A stretch of 64,000 nucleotides of DNA, taken from assembly GCA_026023565.1 (NCBI GenBank), contig JAPETS010000038.1:1-64000 (forward strand), given 5' to 3'. The first letter of the stretch is position 1. Each line of letters starts with the position of its first letter. Both the position numbers and the translations under genes were made by a program. This document shows positions 1 through 14,646 of the stretch, in pieces. The stretch is from Cirrosporium novae-zelandiae. Taxonomy: Eukaryota. The notes under the pieces are model-generated. The model was not told the DNA's origin. It did no database searches and saw only the letters and a program-made list of their open reading frames with translations.

Positions 1-1941
1 CTCTCACCCTAGTAGACATAGTGAGGTGAGAACTTAAGGAATGTAAAGCAAGTAACAAGAGGTTCTGGTGCGCGAAACAGGGGAATACGTGAAAGAAATG
101 GTTAAGCAAAGCCAGAAAGCATAAAATGAGGTATAAAAGGGAGAGTGGAGGTGGAAGAAGAAAACAAGTGCTGGTCATTCAAACACACCGAAATTTCTCT
201 TCGAGAGGAGTCAAGCTATCACCGCTTTCCATATTCTTTTATTATTGGCTCGTTTCAAACCTCCCACTGCTGCACTATAGCCGAAAATAATCGAAATAGG
301 CGTAGCTTGTTGAAAGCACAGACTACTCTAGAAACTGTCGTGGAGGTCGGAGATTGATATATGATGATGATGGAATTCATGGTGTATAACTGATGATAAT
401 CACACTGATTTGTATAGAAAAGTGAGGTCTACTATAGTATAAGTTTGGAGCAACGAGAGGCTTTTATAGACATCAGTGAGTGGTACTCTTCACCGAATGG
501 CGTTTTGCGCACTGACTCATAGCTGTAATGCATGAAGCTTTCTCCTGATCGATTAGGCCAAGTAGCCACGTAATCTTAGCTAATGTCTGCATGCGGCAGA
601 TATTAAACTTGTCGAAAGCTGAGATGCTTCGACTGCCTCATCTTGCCGCCCAATCTTGAAATTATACTAGCATATGAGTGTCCCTTGATGATTGACTGGT
701 TTACATCCCCGTCAAAACGATATTGAGAGGTTTCAGCTGATCTCGATTCTCTCCTTAACCCTGCAAAACAGAACTTCGAAGGATTCACCTAATGTCAGCG
801 CTTTCTGCTGTTCAGGGGTACAAATGATATGCTGTCGTATTCGGGCAATACCACCTCTCTAGTTTGGCGTGGCGACGTAAGAGGATGTTGGTACTCTCAC
901 CTCCGATGAGCTGATCTCGATACCGATGATGTTTCCTAGTTTCTTCTCCCTGTATGCCCGTTCACCCGATCGCCTGACACATGCTGGAGCTCCTTCGCGG
1001 CGCAGCAAACACGGCAGTATTCCTGATCTCTATCCTGAGGCATTTTTATGATTGGTCTTCTTGCACAGGAGATGGAGACAGCCTCTTTAGACCCTCATTA
1101 TCACGGCTTTCAGGGTTTTCTATTGGAGGTTTGGGAGAGAGCCTTGCGAGGATACCGGATGATAGGATCGAGACCTTGATTATTGGAGGCAGAAACAGGA
1201 TACCAGAAAAACAGGTAAACGATAAAGAAATTGTATGATACCTCATGAGGTCGTAAAGCAAGACTGAAGGAAAGATATAAGCCAAATATGAATTGAAAAA
1301 TAAACTAGAAAGACAGGTGCCAAATAGTGAGAATGTTCAATGTTTATATAGGAACAAGTAATCCTTCACGCAGACTTGCCTGTCCGCGTTGTTGTTGGTC
1401 TGGCCCAACGGATAGGCCAGTGAAGAAGGATTGTTAATTTCCTAAATATATGATGATGATACTATACGATAGCTAAGCGTAACGCAATGTGTGCCCTGCC
1501 AAGCAGTAAAGTGGAGCCAGGTGTTGAGGCCAGAACAAGGGGGAACTGAGAAATACTCTGCATCACCCTCGGCTCACTCCTCAACTCACCCACCATCGCG
1601 CGGTCGCGCGAGATCAGGGCGGCGAAACTCACCTACTAGAACGGGACAGGAAAAGACCAAATCGCCGTAAATATTTGTTCGGTAGGTATGCGAGAGCTAT
1701 CTAATGTCCTTTCATGCCCCATCCTAAAACTACCCAAAAAGGTATATTGCGTAACGTCTTCATGCCCGAGTTTGATCCAAACTCACATGTATATGCGTAG
1801 ATAACAAAAAGGAAATCATCACGAAGCACTTTTTGGGGATCCTTAAATCCTTTGCGGAATGGGAAGACACTCAGTTAGTTCTACCTAAATGAGAAAGCTT
1901 GTGTCTGTTGTTGGGCTGACCCCCATGAACGAAAGATTAAT

Positions 1942-2818
1942 TTAGACCTTCTCCTCCTTAAGACCATGCTTCCAGATAGTGAAATATGGGGTTACTCCGT
2001 CTTCGCGGTAGTTGAGGAGGACCAGCCTTTAAGAATAGATTGTTAGTAGTGAATGGAGATATTGGATATGAAGACCACAGAGCCTCAGAGAGTAGAGAAA
2101 ACATACATCCCATCAGGGTCCATGCTCTCACCGACGTAGAGCTCGTAATCTTTAAAGTTATTGAGGATCTTCGGCGCAAATTTGGAAGCCTTGGTTTGAA
2201 ATTCCTTAATGGTATCTGCGCTGGTACCATTTTCTTTCATCTTAGCGACGAGTGCCTTCATGTATGCTATATCGATAATTAGCAATCATCTCCCAGGTTT
2301 GAAAGATCGATGTCATCTACTCTTTAGAGAAGAACTATAGGTCTTCTTGTCAAAGCCAGACATCTCCTGTAAACGGAATGCATCCACAACGTCAAGGACC
2401 CATTCCTCTTGGGAATCGCCACCTTCCTCGTCATCACCACCCTCGGCACTAGGGTTGGCACCAATATCTAAAGTAGAAGGAGAATATATTAGTATTGTGG
2501 AGGTAATGGTATGGCCTTGAGATTGAGAGAAACCAGTGATATACCAAAGCTTTCAGTGCCGCTCTTCTTGACCTTTTTGGCGTCGATTTCGTATACGACA
2601 CCGTCTACCTCCTTCAAATTCCAGGTATCAGAGACGATTTCATCGTCAGTGAGGAGATCCTATGTTCCGAAGTTAGTACTGGCTTCAGTCACTCTAACAT
2701 TGAAAAAATATGCCAGGTGGTGAAGAAGTTTTTTTTCCCCACCAAGCACAAGGTAGGATTTGTGGGGGAAAAATTGAAAGCGGGGTAGGTTGGATTAGCT
2801 TACCTTGTAGATAATCAT
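1942..2818 (-). CDS. TMA19: Translationally controlled tumour protein (TCTP/Tma19), multi-exon
   Basis: The spliced reading gives [33 protein letters not shown]...[10 protein letters not shown]...FDKKTY...YMKALV...[10 protein letters not shown]...[24 protein letters not shown]. Introns are GT-AG. Confidence 0.95.
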
Positions 2819-3640
2819 TTTGAAGGGATTTAGAAAGTAAAAATAACCAAGTAAAACTAGATATATTCGAGGAGAGGAGGGCTTTGAAGGATCTCGAAGA
2901 CTAGAAGTTTGCGACTCGAAATGTCGAAGAAAAGGAAAGTGGGATGAGACTAGCGGGGCAGAGAGTAAGGAATCGTAGTGGGCAAGGGACCAAATGTGAG
3001 TGGCCGAGCGACATTTGATAAGGTTTCTCCTCAAGGATTCCGGACTTTTGATTCTCCGTAAAATCCGAGCTCCCCGATTTCCCTGTTCACGACCACACCA
3101 GCATAAGTTTGATAAATTTGATAACTTTTCGTACAAATGAATCAAACACGGCTAGATTGAAAGATTAGATAATAATTCCCAATCTTGCAATTGATTCTGA
3201 TTGATTGAATTCCTTCGGACTAATCGATTCAGGAGACATCCGAGAGGCAAACCCAAAAGCCAAAATCAGCCAGCTCAAAGCACCAAGGAACCATTAAGGC
3301 CGCAAACCATCGTTTGGATGAGAGCTTTTGGCTTGCTCTTACCAAGCATATAAAGGATTTAAATCGTATACTGCATCTACTGCATTCATCCTTACCGTTC
3401 CTCAACTCTACATCTTCTCTCTCTCTACTTTATCTCTAGGTCCCTGTCTCTTATCCTTTCTATCAAAGGCCCCACAGTCAATACCTTTGGAAGGTCGCGT
3501 GTTCGAGCTCCACAAGCTCCAGCGATTGTTTTGATTGCGACTTTGTGCTCGACCATCAAGGTCTTTATATTATATTTTCACCCCAAATCATAGCCTGAGC
3601 TATCGTCCAAGCCCCAATCTGATCTCGGGGCTCATCCAAA

Positions 3641-5122
3641 ATGTCGAACTCCACCTTCTCCTACGACGATCTCCCTCCTCTCCCTTCATATACTCTCAAA
3701 CCAATCCCACCGCTCCTTCCGTTCATATCCGATAAAAACCTGGCGTTGTTCGCCCCGATTATCGCATATTGGACCTTTTCCATGTTCTTTCACTTCATTG
3801 ATACCTTTAACTTTCTCCCCCAATACCGGTTACATACTCCTGCTGAAGTCTTGAAACGCAATCATGCGACGAGATATGAAGTCCTGCGGGACGTCATCTT
3901 CCAGCATATTATTCAAACGTTGAGTGGGATGCTTTTAAATATGACCGAACCGGATGATATGTACGGAAAAGAAGATTATGACGTTGCCGCTTGGGCTACA
4001 AGGATCCGCATGGCGCAAAGATGTCTACCAATGCTGCTTTCATTAATTGGTGTCGATGCTTCCACCCTGTCGAAAAATATAGCCTCATCGTATCCTATGA
4101 TTGCTGGAGTCTTTGCCGGTGGGCGATACCCTCAATTAACCCAGATTATGGTTTCGGAAACTGGCCTCGAGGTTGCTGCACCAGCATTCGCTGCCTGGGA
4201 GATGTTCCTTGCGAAGGCGCTCTACTGGTTTGTGATTCCGGCTTTACAATACTTCCTGGCCATTCTTGTGGTAGACACATGGCAATACATGTTGCATCGT
4301 TTCATGCACACATATCCGTGGTTTTATGGTATGCCTAGTCAGCATCTCTTTCATCGCCTTGACTAACTAATCCCGTAGCGACTTTCCACTCTCGCCATCA
4401 TCGCCTTTATGTTCCCTACGCATATGGTGCACTTTACAACCATCCTGTTGAAGGCTTTGCCCTGGATACCCTTGGTGCCGGCATTGGTTTCAAGCTTGCT
4501 GGGTTAAACACCCGCCAAGGAATGTGGTTCTTCACTGGTTCCACAATCAAAACTGTTGACGATCACTGTGGCTATGTCCTGCCTTGGGATCCTCTCCAGC
4601 GTCTTACCTCGAATAATGCCGGTTATCATGATATTCATCACCAAAGCTGGGGGATCAAGGTAAGGGAACTCAAAGCCCTATTTAGTGTTTAAGAAATCAC
4701 TGATTCTGGACTAGACAAATTATGCACAACCCTTTTTTACATTTTGGGACTCCCTTCTTGGTACTCAGTGGACCGGTGGTGACGTCTCCGCTCGTTACGC
4801 ACGTTCTCGTATTGCAGCTCAAAAGAGTGTCGCTCAAGACAAAGAATATGCTAACTCCGATGTTGAAATCAATGATAACCTTATTCCCGCTACACCTGCG
4901 GGCAAAGCTTCCAAGCAAGCTGCTGACTCTCGTGCTCAGGTTCTACAGACCCCGATCAACCAGGGTGGGGGTACACAGGTCCTCACGGAAGAGGCAGAGG
5001 AGGAAGCAGAAACCATTGGAATGGTTACACGGAGTGCAGCCAAAAAAGCCGAGGGTCTGAAGGGTCTTAAAGAGAGAGTTCCTTCCAATCCTCACGGTGG
5101 TTTACGACCATTTGCGAAATAG
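3641..5122 (+). CDS. SUR2: Sphinganine C4-hydroxylase (fatty acid hydroxylase superfamily), 3 exons
   Basis: His boxes HRFMH, HSRHHRLYVPYAYGALYNHP and HDIHHQSWGIK|TNYAQPFFTFWD are present. Introns lie at ~4329-4378 and ~4660-4714; stop TAG at 5120-5122. Confidence 0.93.
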
Positions 5123-6848
5123 TTGTTTGGATAAGATGTTGAAGGTATCATGCACAGGCGTTTGGAATGTCTTAGGTGCACGGAAATTGTACACAACCGA
5201 AGGGGACGGGTGGTATCTTACGTGGCCAATGTCGGCGTTTTGTTCGGTCTCACCCTCTCTGGGTGAGATTTCTTCTCGCTTTCGGGGAAATGGTCTTGGT
5301 TCTTGAAAGAAAGAAATGATAAAGCAATCAGGATCGAGATCTAATTACTAATGTCTAGAACAGTCTCGGTGGATTCAGGGAGAAAGACTTGAAAATGAAA
5401 AAAAAGACGAAAAAAATGGGATGTTCTATACGCCTGACGCAGGGAAGATGTTTATGGTGAGACTCACGACTCCTATCACCCACCCACTTCTTTAATAGCT
5501 GGACCCCCTACTCCGTTTGTTCCCACGAATCTCCTCCGCCATCCTTCTCACCTCAATCACTCTATCTTCGAGATACACTACACTCCTACGGACGCGTCAA
5601 ACGGAAACTCCATTCGATATCCATAATTTGGGTTCTGAAGGCCCAATATTCAACTCACTATACCTCCCGTGTCTTCACTCATGATAATTAGAATGTACCA
5701 GTTAGGGGACGGAGGGGGTTGATGAAGAGAGAAAAAAAGGCTAGGGAGAGCCTCTTCAATAGTATTCATTACTTCTTCATAACTGGGATGTTGATATCGA
5801 TGATCCTAGTGATTTTCGCGGGGCAGAACCTTCGTTTCTCCTGTGATGTATTGCCTCCTTCCCATGGAGATTTTTATGAACAATAGCTATTCAATTCAGG
5901 TGGTTAACTAATGAAAAAATTTCAAGTATCAACATCGTCTTATAGAGCTCCGGCCAATATCCTCATTGGCATAGAAAAGTCACCGCGTTCAAAGGGCAAG
6001 GTACGCAGAGTAAAAGAAAAGGGGCTATGAAATTCTATAATCAAGCGATCACCTGAATCCTATGAAAAAACTCTATTACATTTCTAGTTTCTAATTTCTC
6101 ACCGCTATCCTCTCTTGAATTTGCCAAGGCAAGAGGGTGCGCTATCTAATTTACCCCTGGGGGAATGGATCGACCCTCGCGAAATAGATATTAGGCACCC
6201 ATAATAGTTCTTGTCTTGTATGCATGTATATAGGGGTGAGGGTGTGAACCGGACCAGACTAGTCAGTACCTAGGACTGTTATGATGATGATGATGATGAC
6301 CGCTCAATTATATTCAGAGGAGAGAAGCCTTCTTCCTACATCACCTCAAAGGCGGCCCAACATCTTTGGTCACCCGATCCTGTTGTTGGACGGAAAAAAG
6401 CATCGACTTCATTTATGGATAGTTGATACTTTAGGTGGTATGTTCGTAATCTCGTATCATGAACCTGGGATGGATTCTGGGGGAGATGGTTAGAGCCATG
6501 TTGTGCTACGCTGTGTTGGCTATGGTTGAATCGAGTTCGAGGGCTCCAAAATCTGCGGTCAGGTTTCTAGGCTGTCTCTCATTCATTTAAACATTGTTCC
6601 TCTAATCCATACAATGTGATGATATGCAGTTTGGGACGGTTTGTAATGAATGCCGTAGTATGTGAGCAGCATAGGTAGACGTTTATCCCAAGGGTTATCT
6701 TGGGGGCGTAATTGGGGGTCCAGGTCGTTGAAGGATGAGAACGAGGATGTCAAGCGGGAGAGAGAGGGGCATTTGCGGAGGGTATATAAACCAACCCCGC
6801 ATGACCCAAGCCTAATTGCTCCTTCATGGTAAATGGGGACTCGTGACC

Positions 6849-7608
6849 TCACCGCATAACAGGGGGTCTGCTCTCCTTGTTCCACCTGACTCGAGAGCAC
6901 AACCACTCCACTGCCTCTTTAACTCCAGTCCCAGCCAAGGCGCTGACGGGTAACACACGGCTGTCCCTGACGCTGGCCCCCTTCTCCCCTTCAAAGACCT
7001 TTCTCACAAACCCCTCCTTGATGCGCACAACCTCGACACAGTCTTCTCGGTCCTGCTTGTTTGCCAGGACCAGGATGGGCACACCCTCAGTCTCCGCGCT
7101 CTGCAACACGGATTCCAAAACCATTCGGCATTCAGCTAGTCGGCCCGTCTCCGGCTCTGATGCCGCTGCTGCTGCCGTTGTAGCTGAAGGGATTCCCCCT
7201 TGCGCCGCGAGCCGCTCTATATCCGCATCCCCAACATCGGAACTGTCGATTATGAAAACGATCGCGTGGCAGCTCGAGTAATAGGACTGCCAGAGTTTGC
7301 GCAGGGTCATCTGGCCTCCGACGTCCCAGATCTTGAGGTACATGTCCTGCAGTGGAATGGTGGAGACATTCTGACCGACGGTGGGAACGGTTTTGTGAGA
7401 CGTGGATTGGGATTGAGAAGGGAGGTAAAGGCGTTTTACTTGTTCGAGGAAGGTGGTTTTGCCGGCGTTGTCGAGACCGAGGAGGAGGATGGAATATTCT
7501 GTAGGAAGAAGAATCAGTGTTAATGGTGTGAGGCAAGCTTTTGCGTGTAGTCTTCTTACCTTCTTTGCTGGTTGCGTAGAGATACATCCCTTTCACTAAA
7601 TGATACAT
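6849..7608 (-). CDS. ARL3: ARF-like small GTPase ARL3/ARFRP1, 2 exons
   Basis: MYHLVKGMYLYATSKE|EYSILLLGLDNAGKTT, with PTVGQN, WDVGGQ, ANKQD and VSAL motifs. Intron ~7500-7559. Confidence 0.93.
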
Positions 7609-8088
7609 TCTTGCTGATTGAGCACACTGTAGCAGTCACAAGCTTTGACTCGGATGAGAATGAGAAAGCTTCAGAATGTCAGAATGTCAAACAAGTTCTT
7701 ATTTCTTTCTTTCTTTATGTAACACCATTCATAGATATAATCACCTTAAAGTCAATTGCACTTGCTAATTCATTAATCAATTGATTCGGGTCGCGCGGAG
7801 GATTCCTAAATTTAGGCTTACTGGATGAGATAGGCACGCAAACCAATAAAGTCGACCCCGGAGTTTGAAGCTCTCAGCATTCCGATGGGTGTATTTCACA
7901 TATTTCATCTTGGTGCTATCTACCGACGTATAGTACTGTGGTACTTGTGGGATTATCAACAAATACCTCAAGGGACTTTGTAGCTTATAATTAACCTATG
8001 ACACTGAAGCTGTAATCTCCACCTCACCCAGGAATAATCAAGCTGAGATGCAGAATAGCTCTCAGCAAAGCCAGACTCAAGCTCAAAC

Positions 8089-9568
8089 ATGTGGAAACCA
8101 TCCCTAACTTCCGGCGCATCTAAATACCAATCAAATACCAAGGCTTTTCTCTCTATATTCTGTGTCGTTCTCTTCGAAATCACCGTCATCGCTCTAATAG
8201 TTCTAACAATAGCCCGACAAGCATTGCACTCGAAAGCAAAGCGATGGCGAACGCCACATAACAAAAAGCATATTCAAATTCTCTTGTTCTTGACTACCTT
8301 GAGCTTTGTTGTTCAGGTCTACTATGCCGTTCAGACGGAGGAATTTTCATACAAGATATGGGCACTGGAGAGAGGCATCACGATACCAAGTGGACTATTC
8401 GGACATGGTGGTGTCTTTGGGGGTATTAATAGCGTCAAGATTCATGTTCAGAGATGGCTGGACGAATCTATGTGGGCGGAAGATGCTCGTACTGTGGTTC
8501 TATCCCAGAGCAAGAGGTATTGGTGGACCCAGCAACATTATTTAGGGATGATAGCTTTCACGGTGCTGTTGAGCATAGAAGGTATGTATTGAAGAGTTCT
8601 TCGCTAGCCGGCTTTGTTAAATGTCCTAATTTATATCTCTAGGCCACCGTCATAATATACCCTATCTCTGGGCCTACTTGTTCATTGCTAGGACCACAAG
8701 CATCTCATTTGCTCAGAACCTCTTTTTTCTATACCTTCTAGTGACTCCAGCGCAGTCACGCTCCACCAGTTTACTAATCCCCAGTCCCCCTCCTTTCCTA
8801 CCACTTTCATGGAAAAGATATCTCGTGAAACCTCCCACCTGGACCCCGTATGCTTCTGCATATATCATCCCATTATCACTCATGTCCATTGGGGTTTTCC
8901 TTTTACCATTAGCAGTTCACACTCCCGAGCTAAACAAAATCGAGGGCACGATAGCATTATTGAACACGTCGATCCTATTCCTTCCCACGATCCTACCTCT
9001 TCGATTCGGCACCAAGTCTCCATCTGCCTACCACAAATCTAGTGGCACCGTCATCCGTAGTCTTTCAATTCTCAGCCTCTTCCTTCACCTAAAACAAACC
9101 TTTGTAGCTCTTGCAGACAACGACCCAGGCGCCCTTGTCCCTCACCACAGCATCTGGTTGGGGAACCGATCCCCTCTCGAGCACAGTTCCAGTGCACTTT
9201 CTCGAATCCTATTGGCACCTCGCGATCACCCTGCCCTCGTGGTCATCAGCTGGGACATCATACTCTCTACCATCAGCCTCTTTGTATGGGTCGTCATCAG
9301 AAATGTTGATGTCCAAAAAGTACTTATATGCGTGCCTGGCCTGGGACAGAATATCACAGTACCAGATGCAAACAAAACTTCACGCAAACCTGGTCGTCGT
9401 GGCACAGGGTCGAAGCGGAAATCCGATAGTAGTCAAGCCTCGCTAGTTGACGGGGATACAGAGAACGAGCTTGAGGTGGGGGCATTAGCCTTGGGGTTAG
9501 GATTTGCGGGCGGGTATGGGCTTATGGCAGCAGGGGTTTATGGAGGGGAGATTACTTCGAGGGGTTAA
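8089..9568 (+). CDS. Uncharacterised multi-pass membrane protein, 2 exons
   Basis: Two hydrophobic ORFs are joined by a GTATGT...CTAAT...TAG intron (~8582-8642). There are several predicted TM segments and a Gly-rich hydrophobic C-terminus. Confidence 0.75.
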
Positions 9569-9959
9569 AATGCGGGTGCTTAAGCTACTCACAATGATTT
9601 CTTGCTGATATTTCAAGGAATTCCAGTGTATATGCACTTAGTTGGTTTTTATCTGATTTCGGATTAGGGATGGGAAATGGGATTACGAGGATAAGAAATA
9701 ATGATGCTTCGGATGTCATGATGAAATAACAGTGACCTCACGATCAATAGCAAGCAAGGTGATGATGATAATGATGATGATGAACTAACAATCAAAAACC
9801 ACATACATTCCCTATCCCCTATTTCCTATTTCCTACTCCTTACTCCAGCAACAAACAAAACACAAAAACACAATATGATATCAAACCTATATCCCTACAT
9901 AACTCACATAAACTCTTGCTTAGCACGCACGACAAGTAGAGTAACCCAAATTCCAAATT

Positions 9960-11531
9960 CTAATAAAATAATTCATTCCTCGGAGAGAGAGAGAGAGGGA
10001 CAGCTTTCAGACAAAAGGAAAAGGGAAAAGAAACCGCAATACCTAATACCCAATCCCATCCCATGTTATCTCATCTCATGGCTCCGTTTGTTTGTTTTCG
10101 CTAGCACCCTACTCACTCATAAAAAGGTATATGTATGTATACATATGTATATATCTAGACACTCGCTCCCTCGCCTCACCTCACCTATAAGCTCCACAAA
10201 TATTATATGCTGGGACAACGTAGCAAGCGAAAGCAAAGTAAAGCAATGCAAATCTAGCCCCCCCCCCCCCCCTCTGACTCCTCACTCTCACTCCTTTTAC
10301 TCTTCTATACATATACATATGTCACATCTAATATTATACAGCCCAAAGGCCCAAACATCCATCCAAACATCCAAAACAATCTAAAATCTAAAATACTTAC
10401 CTTCTTCTTCTTTCTTGGTATTGTTTATAGGGTAGGTAGGCTTTATTTTACTACCGACTTATATATATGTATGTATGTATGTATATGTATATGGATAGGT
10501 AGTAACGGCTAAATCAAACCAATTGATCGATAAACCGACTGATAAAACGAGCTAATCAAATCAAATCAAATCAAAAACTCTACACAACTAACAAGTCCAC
10601 ACGTACGTAACCCTTCTCTTCCTCCTCCGTTCCCAACCAACGAACAGATAGGTAGGTTAGGCAGACATACATACATACATACATACATACATACATACAT
10701 ACATACATGCATGTATATCCCAATTGAATCAATACGAGGGCTTGGAAGTCGGAAGTGGAATCGGGAGCAGGAGGTTGGGGTCGGATGGGAAGGAGGGGGG
10801 TAGGAGAGGGTGTAAGAAGAGGTAGGAGATATGGAAGGGAGAAGGTGAACTGAGTGAGGTAGGTAAGTAGGTAGGTACTATAGGTGTGAATTATAAATTT
10901 ACAAATTTATGAATATATATCTATATCTATATCTATATCTATATCTATATCTCCATATAAGTATATATACTAAGCCAGCCGTAGATAGCTAGCTAGCATC
11001 TATCCTTCTATCTAGCCATCCAAGGTAATTAATTCTACTCTTTCTCTACTAGATAATTGGTTCTAATTATCGATTCATGTAGAAAGTAGAAAGGTGACAA
11101 AAGTACGGGGATTACTGTTTCTGCTTCTTTTCTTGATAATGCTGGCTGCGGGGGACTGATTGACCGATTTTAAGTTGAATGACTGACTTGATTGACTTGA
11201 GTGATAGTTAGTACTACTACTTAATACTTCCTTCTTCTCTCCCTTTTCTTTCCCTTCCCTCTCCTTCTTCTCTCCCTCTCTCCCTCTCTCCCTCTCTCCC
11301 TCGTACAAAAATCGGCAATCCCTTACCCCCCCCTTCCCCCCTCACTCCCCCCACCAAAGATTTTTTTTAATCGATAGGATACTATGTGGTAAGTAAAAGC
11401 CACAAGGAAATCTCGGTTAATTCCCTCCTGCTGTTGTCCCCTTTCTATGGATAAGTAGGTAAGTAGGTAGGTAGGTATAAGTAGGTACAAGTAGGGAGGT
11501 AGGTTAGATAGGGGCTCTGCCTATTCATTAC

Positions 11532-11564
<33 letters not shown>

Positions 11565-13400
11565 TTTCTCAGGATAGGGAGAAGGAGATAGGGGTTAGGA
11601 TAAGGATAGGGATAGGGATAATAGAGAAGGGAAAAGGGAGAGAGATGAAGAAAAAAAAAAATCAAGTTGGGACCGAAAATTGTGGTTGGTGGTTAACATG
11701 CAGGCAGGTTAGATATGCTACTACAGTACTTACTGCATTCCATTCCATTCGATGCAAGATGCAGAAGAAGTAAAAATGGGAGAAGTGGAAATGGAAGTGG
11801 AAGTGGAAGTAGAAGGAAAAGGGAGAAGGGGGAGGAGAAGGGGATGCAATGAGTAAGTTATACATTAGGTACCCACTGATACCATACCATACCATACCAT
11901 AACCATAACGGATCTCCATACCGATTAATTACCATTACTGTAATACATGACATACAAAAAACAACAACATCTATTAGATATATGTACCTAGGCACATGTA
12001 CATTACCCAAATCCACATACATACACATACACACACACGCTACAACACACGCTACATACATAAAAAACAAAAAAAAGAAATAATAAAGTCCTTGTTGTAT
12101 GTATATATGCATATGTGTTGTTGTTTTTTTCTTTCCATCTTCCCACCCCATCCCATGGCCGCTTTTAGCGTTTTTAAGATCTTTTTGTATCACGTGCGGG
12201 TTGTTGTTTTTTCGTTTGTTTGTTTTATTGTTGGTGGTTGTTGAACCAGTTAATTAATTTAAATTATTGGTACCCGAGTAGGGATCTGGAGGATATTGAT
12301 ATTTGGGGCATGGGCAAGGGATGGGAGGGATTAAGGATGAGGGAGCTCCGATTCAACTACCTAGGTAGGTAATGTAATGTATAAGTACTGCATATATAGT
12401 ACGTATGAAGGAGGTATGAAGGTCCATGATATGATGACTTGCATGTACTTGTACATACATACATACATACATACATACATAGGTAGTCTTAGCCCCCCCT
12501 TCCCAACCTCTCTCCCCCAACCCCCCCAACCCCGTTATTATATAGGTTACGTATTCACCCTCCGAATATAGGAGAAGAACATACATGGCACCACGACATT
12601 ATATCTCTATATCCCATATCCCTATCCATATATCCCCTATAAACCCCCACGCCTGTTGAACGAGGCATGTGCGTGCGTTGCTATTCAACCCGCCGATATT
12701 ATGAGCAAGCAAAAAGTACCGATAAATGCAAAAATGCATCATCTAATCCAGCAAGGAAGGAACAAGCATCGAGGGAGGGAACCTCAAGGGAAACCCAAGT
12801 TTGTTATTATCATCATCATCGTCATCATCATCATCATCATCATACTCATCATTCTTCATCACTATCAAAAAAGAAATAACTGAAAAAAGAAAAGAAAAAA
12901 ACCCGATGGAAAGGAAAGGGATTAATAACCGCCATCTTCTTTCTTTGATGATGAAACCTGTGAAATCAAGGCTGGCTGAAAAAAAATATGAATTTGAGTA
13001 AAGAAAGAAAAAAAGGAAGAAAATTGGTTGGTTTATGCGGTGAGATGTGTGGTCAGTGATGCGGCAGCAGCAGCAGCAGCATTAGATAGACATGGAAGTT
13101 CGGTTATCTCTTTACCACAGTCACACACACGCACACACGCACACATCAAAAGTCAAGAGAATGCAGAAGAAGAAGACTCGGAAAATAAGGTAATTGTCGG
13201 TCTGAGTTTTTTTTTTTTTTACAGGCATTAGAGAAGAAGCATGGAAAAGTAATGTGAGTGAGAGAGGGAAAGAAAGATACAAATACTCCCTAACTAAGAG
13301 TCTCCATTATCGGAAACAATACCAAACACCGGATATTTGGATCAAAGAAACTCGTAAATACATACATACATACATACATACATACATACAAAAGCGCTGT
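9960..13400. repeat. Microsatellite-dense intergenic tract: (TACA)n, (GTAG)n, (TATATC)n, (CATAC)n, (CAT)n, poly-A/C
   Basis: Direct runs occur at ~10665-10708, 10915-10950, 11537-11563, 12455-12480, 12809-12843 and 13358-13390. ORFs in the tract are only low-complexity translations. Confidence 0.85.
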
Positions 13401-14646
13401 AACATACATCTCCTCCCCGCTAAACTAGGTCTCCGTTTTTCTCTCTCTATCCGGATCGCCCCCGTCATTATACCAAAAGGTGGGGAACGTTAGTTAGAAC
13501 CGAATGGTTCCAAGTTGGAAAAAAAAAGTACATCCTTACCCTTATCATGTGTGCAATATAACAACAACGCACATGGGTCCAGGATGAATGAAGGAAAAGC
13601 TCGATATTCTGCGAAGGCGGTCAAGGCTGAGGAGAGCTCCAACAGCCTGGGTAGGAGTGCGTTGCAATGTTACACGCTCGGCTTTTTTCATTCCTGGATC
13701 ATGCGGAGACGACAGTCAAGGTAAATCCCATAGCACCAGCGGCACAATACTACGACCAAGATAACAATTAGTAGTGGGAATGTGACAATCAGGATCTTTA
13801 CTTTTGGTAGTGTTGTTTAATATATCGCAATGTAATAACACATAACGTATGCTGGCAAAAGCAATGGCGAAAGGACTCATTGTTTCTCAGGAACTCCCAT
13901 TTACATGAATCGAAAGTTGTCCCTTTTCCTTCAATTATGCATCTGACTCCTCATCTATCAAGGAAACGCAAATAGGCCTTCGCTATGACCCTGAACTGGA
14001 TATAGAACATAGTGAAAGAAAAGTGAGAGAAAGACTAGATAAACCTGCAGCGCTCCTCAACTTCCCGAACCCTCCATGGAGAGCAAGTACCATCAACTTT
14101 TCTTCCTGTTAACAAAGGAAAAAGAAATGTCGAAATGGAAAGAGAAGAGGAAGATAAGTGACATTTACAAAGTTGACCGACCACATACTAAACGAGAGAA
14201 AATTTGGACCCGATAGACCGCCACCAATATGTTGGAAAGCACACCATTCCTCCGATTTGATATAAAAAAAATGCCCACTCCCAACTGAGTTGAGTAAGTC
14301 TCCCGCAAGCAAGTCCCCACGTCATGGGGCTCGAGATGCCCAGGACGTAGATCTGAGTCCAGCCCAGCAGGCCTGAGTATCAGCAGAGTCGTTGCAGGCT
14401 CGGGCACTGGTTGGTAATGAAAGGGGAAAACCGAGGCTTAAGCAATTATTTGCGCCAAGGAGTCGTATTAAACGAGTATCACGGATTAGAAAACGCCATG
14501 AAAAAAACGCCGATGCTTATGTCTCGATACATTAATGGAAAAGAATCGAGATGTCGTAATCCACTAGACAGAAATATGCTGATCATGAACGCCAGATGAG
14601 GATGATGGTTCACCAGAGAATGCGCCGAATATGCCGGAGGGGGTCG

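Noticed and set aside
2660..2803. Intronic snoRNA in the longer first intron of TCTP
   Set aside because: No convincing C/D or H/ACA box arrangement is present.
10660..12480. CRISPR-like or telomeric arrays
   Set aside because: The DNA is eukaryotic, the repeats are 2-6-bp units without spacers, and there is no TTAGGG array.
9875..13724. Numerous 60-170 aa ORFs
   Set aside because: They are translations of microsatellites (MYVCMYV, poly-His/Ser/Ile) with no coding signature.
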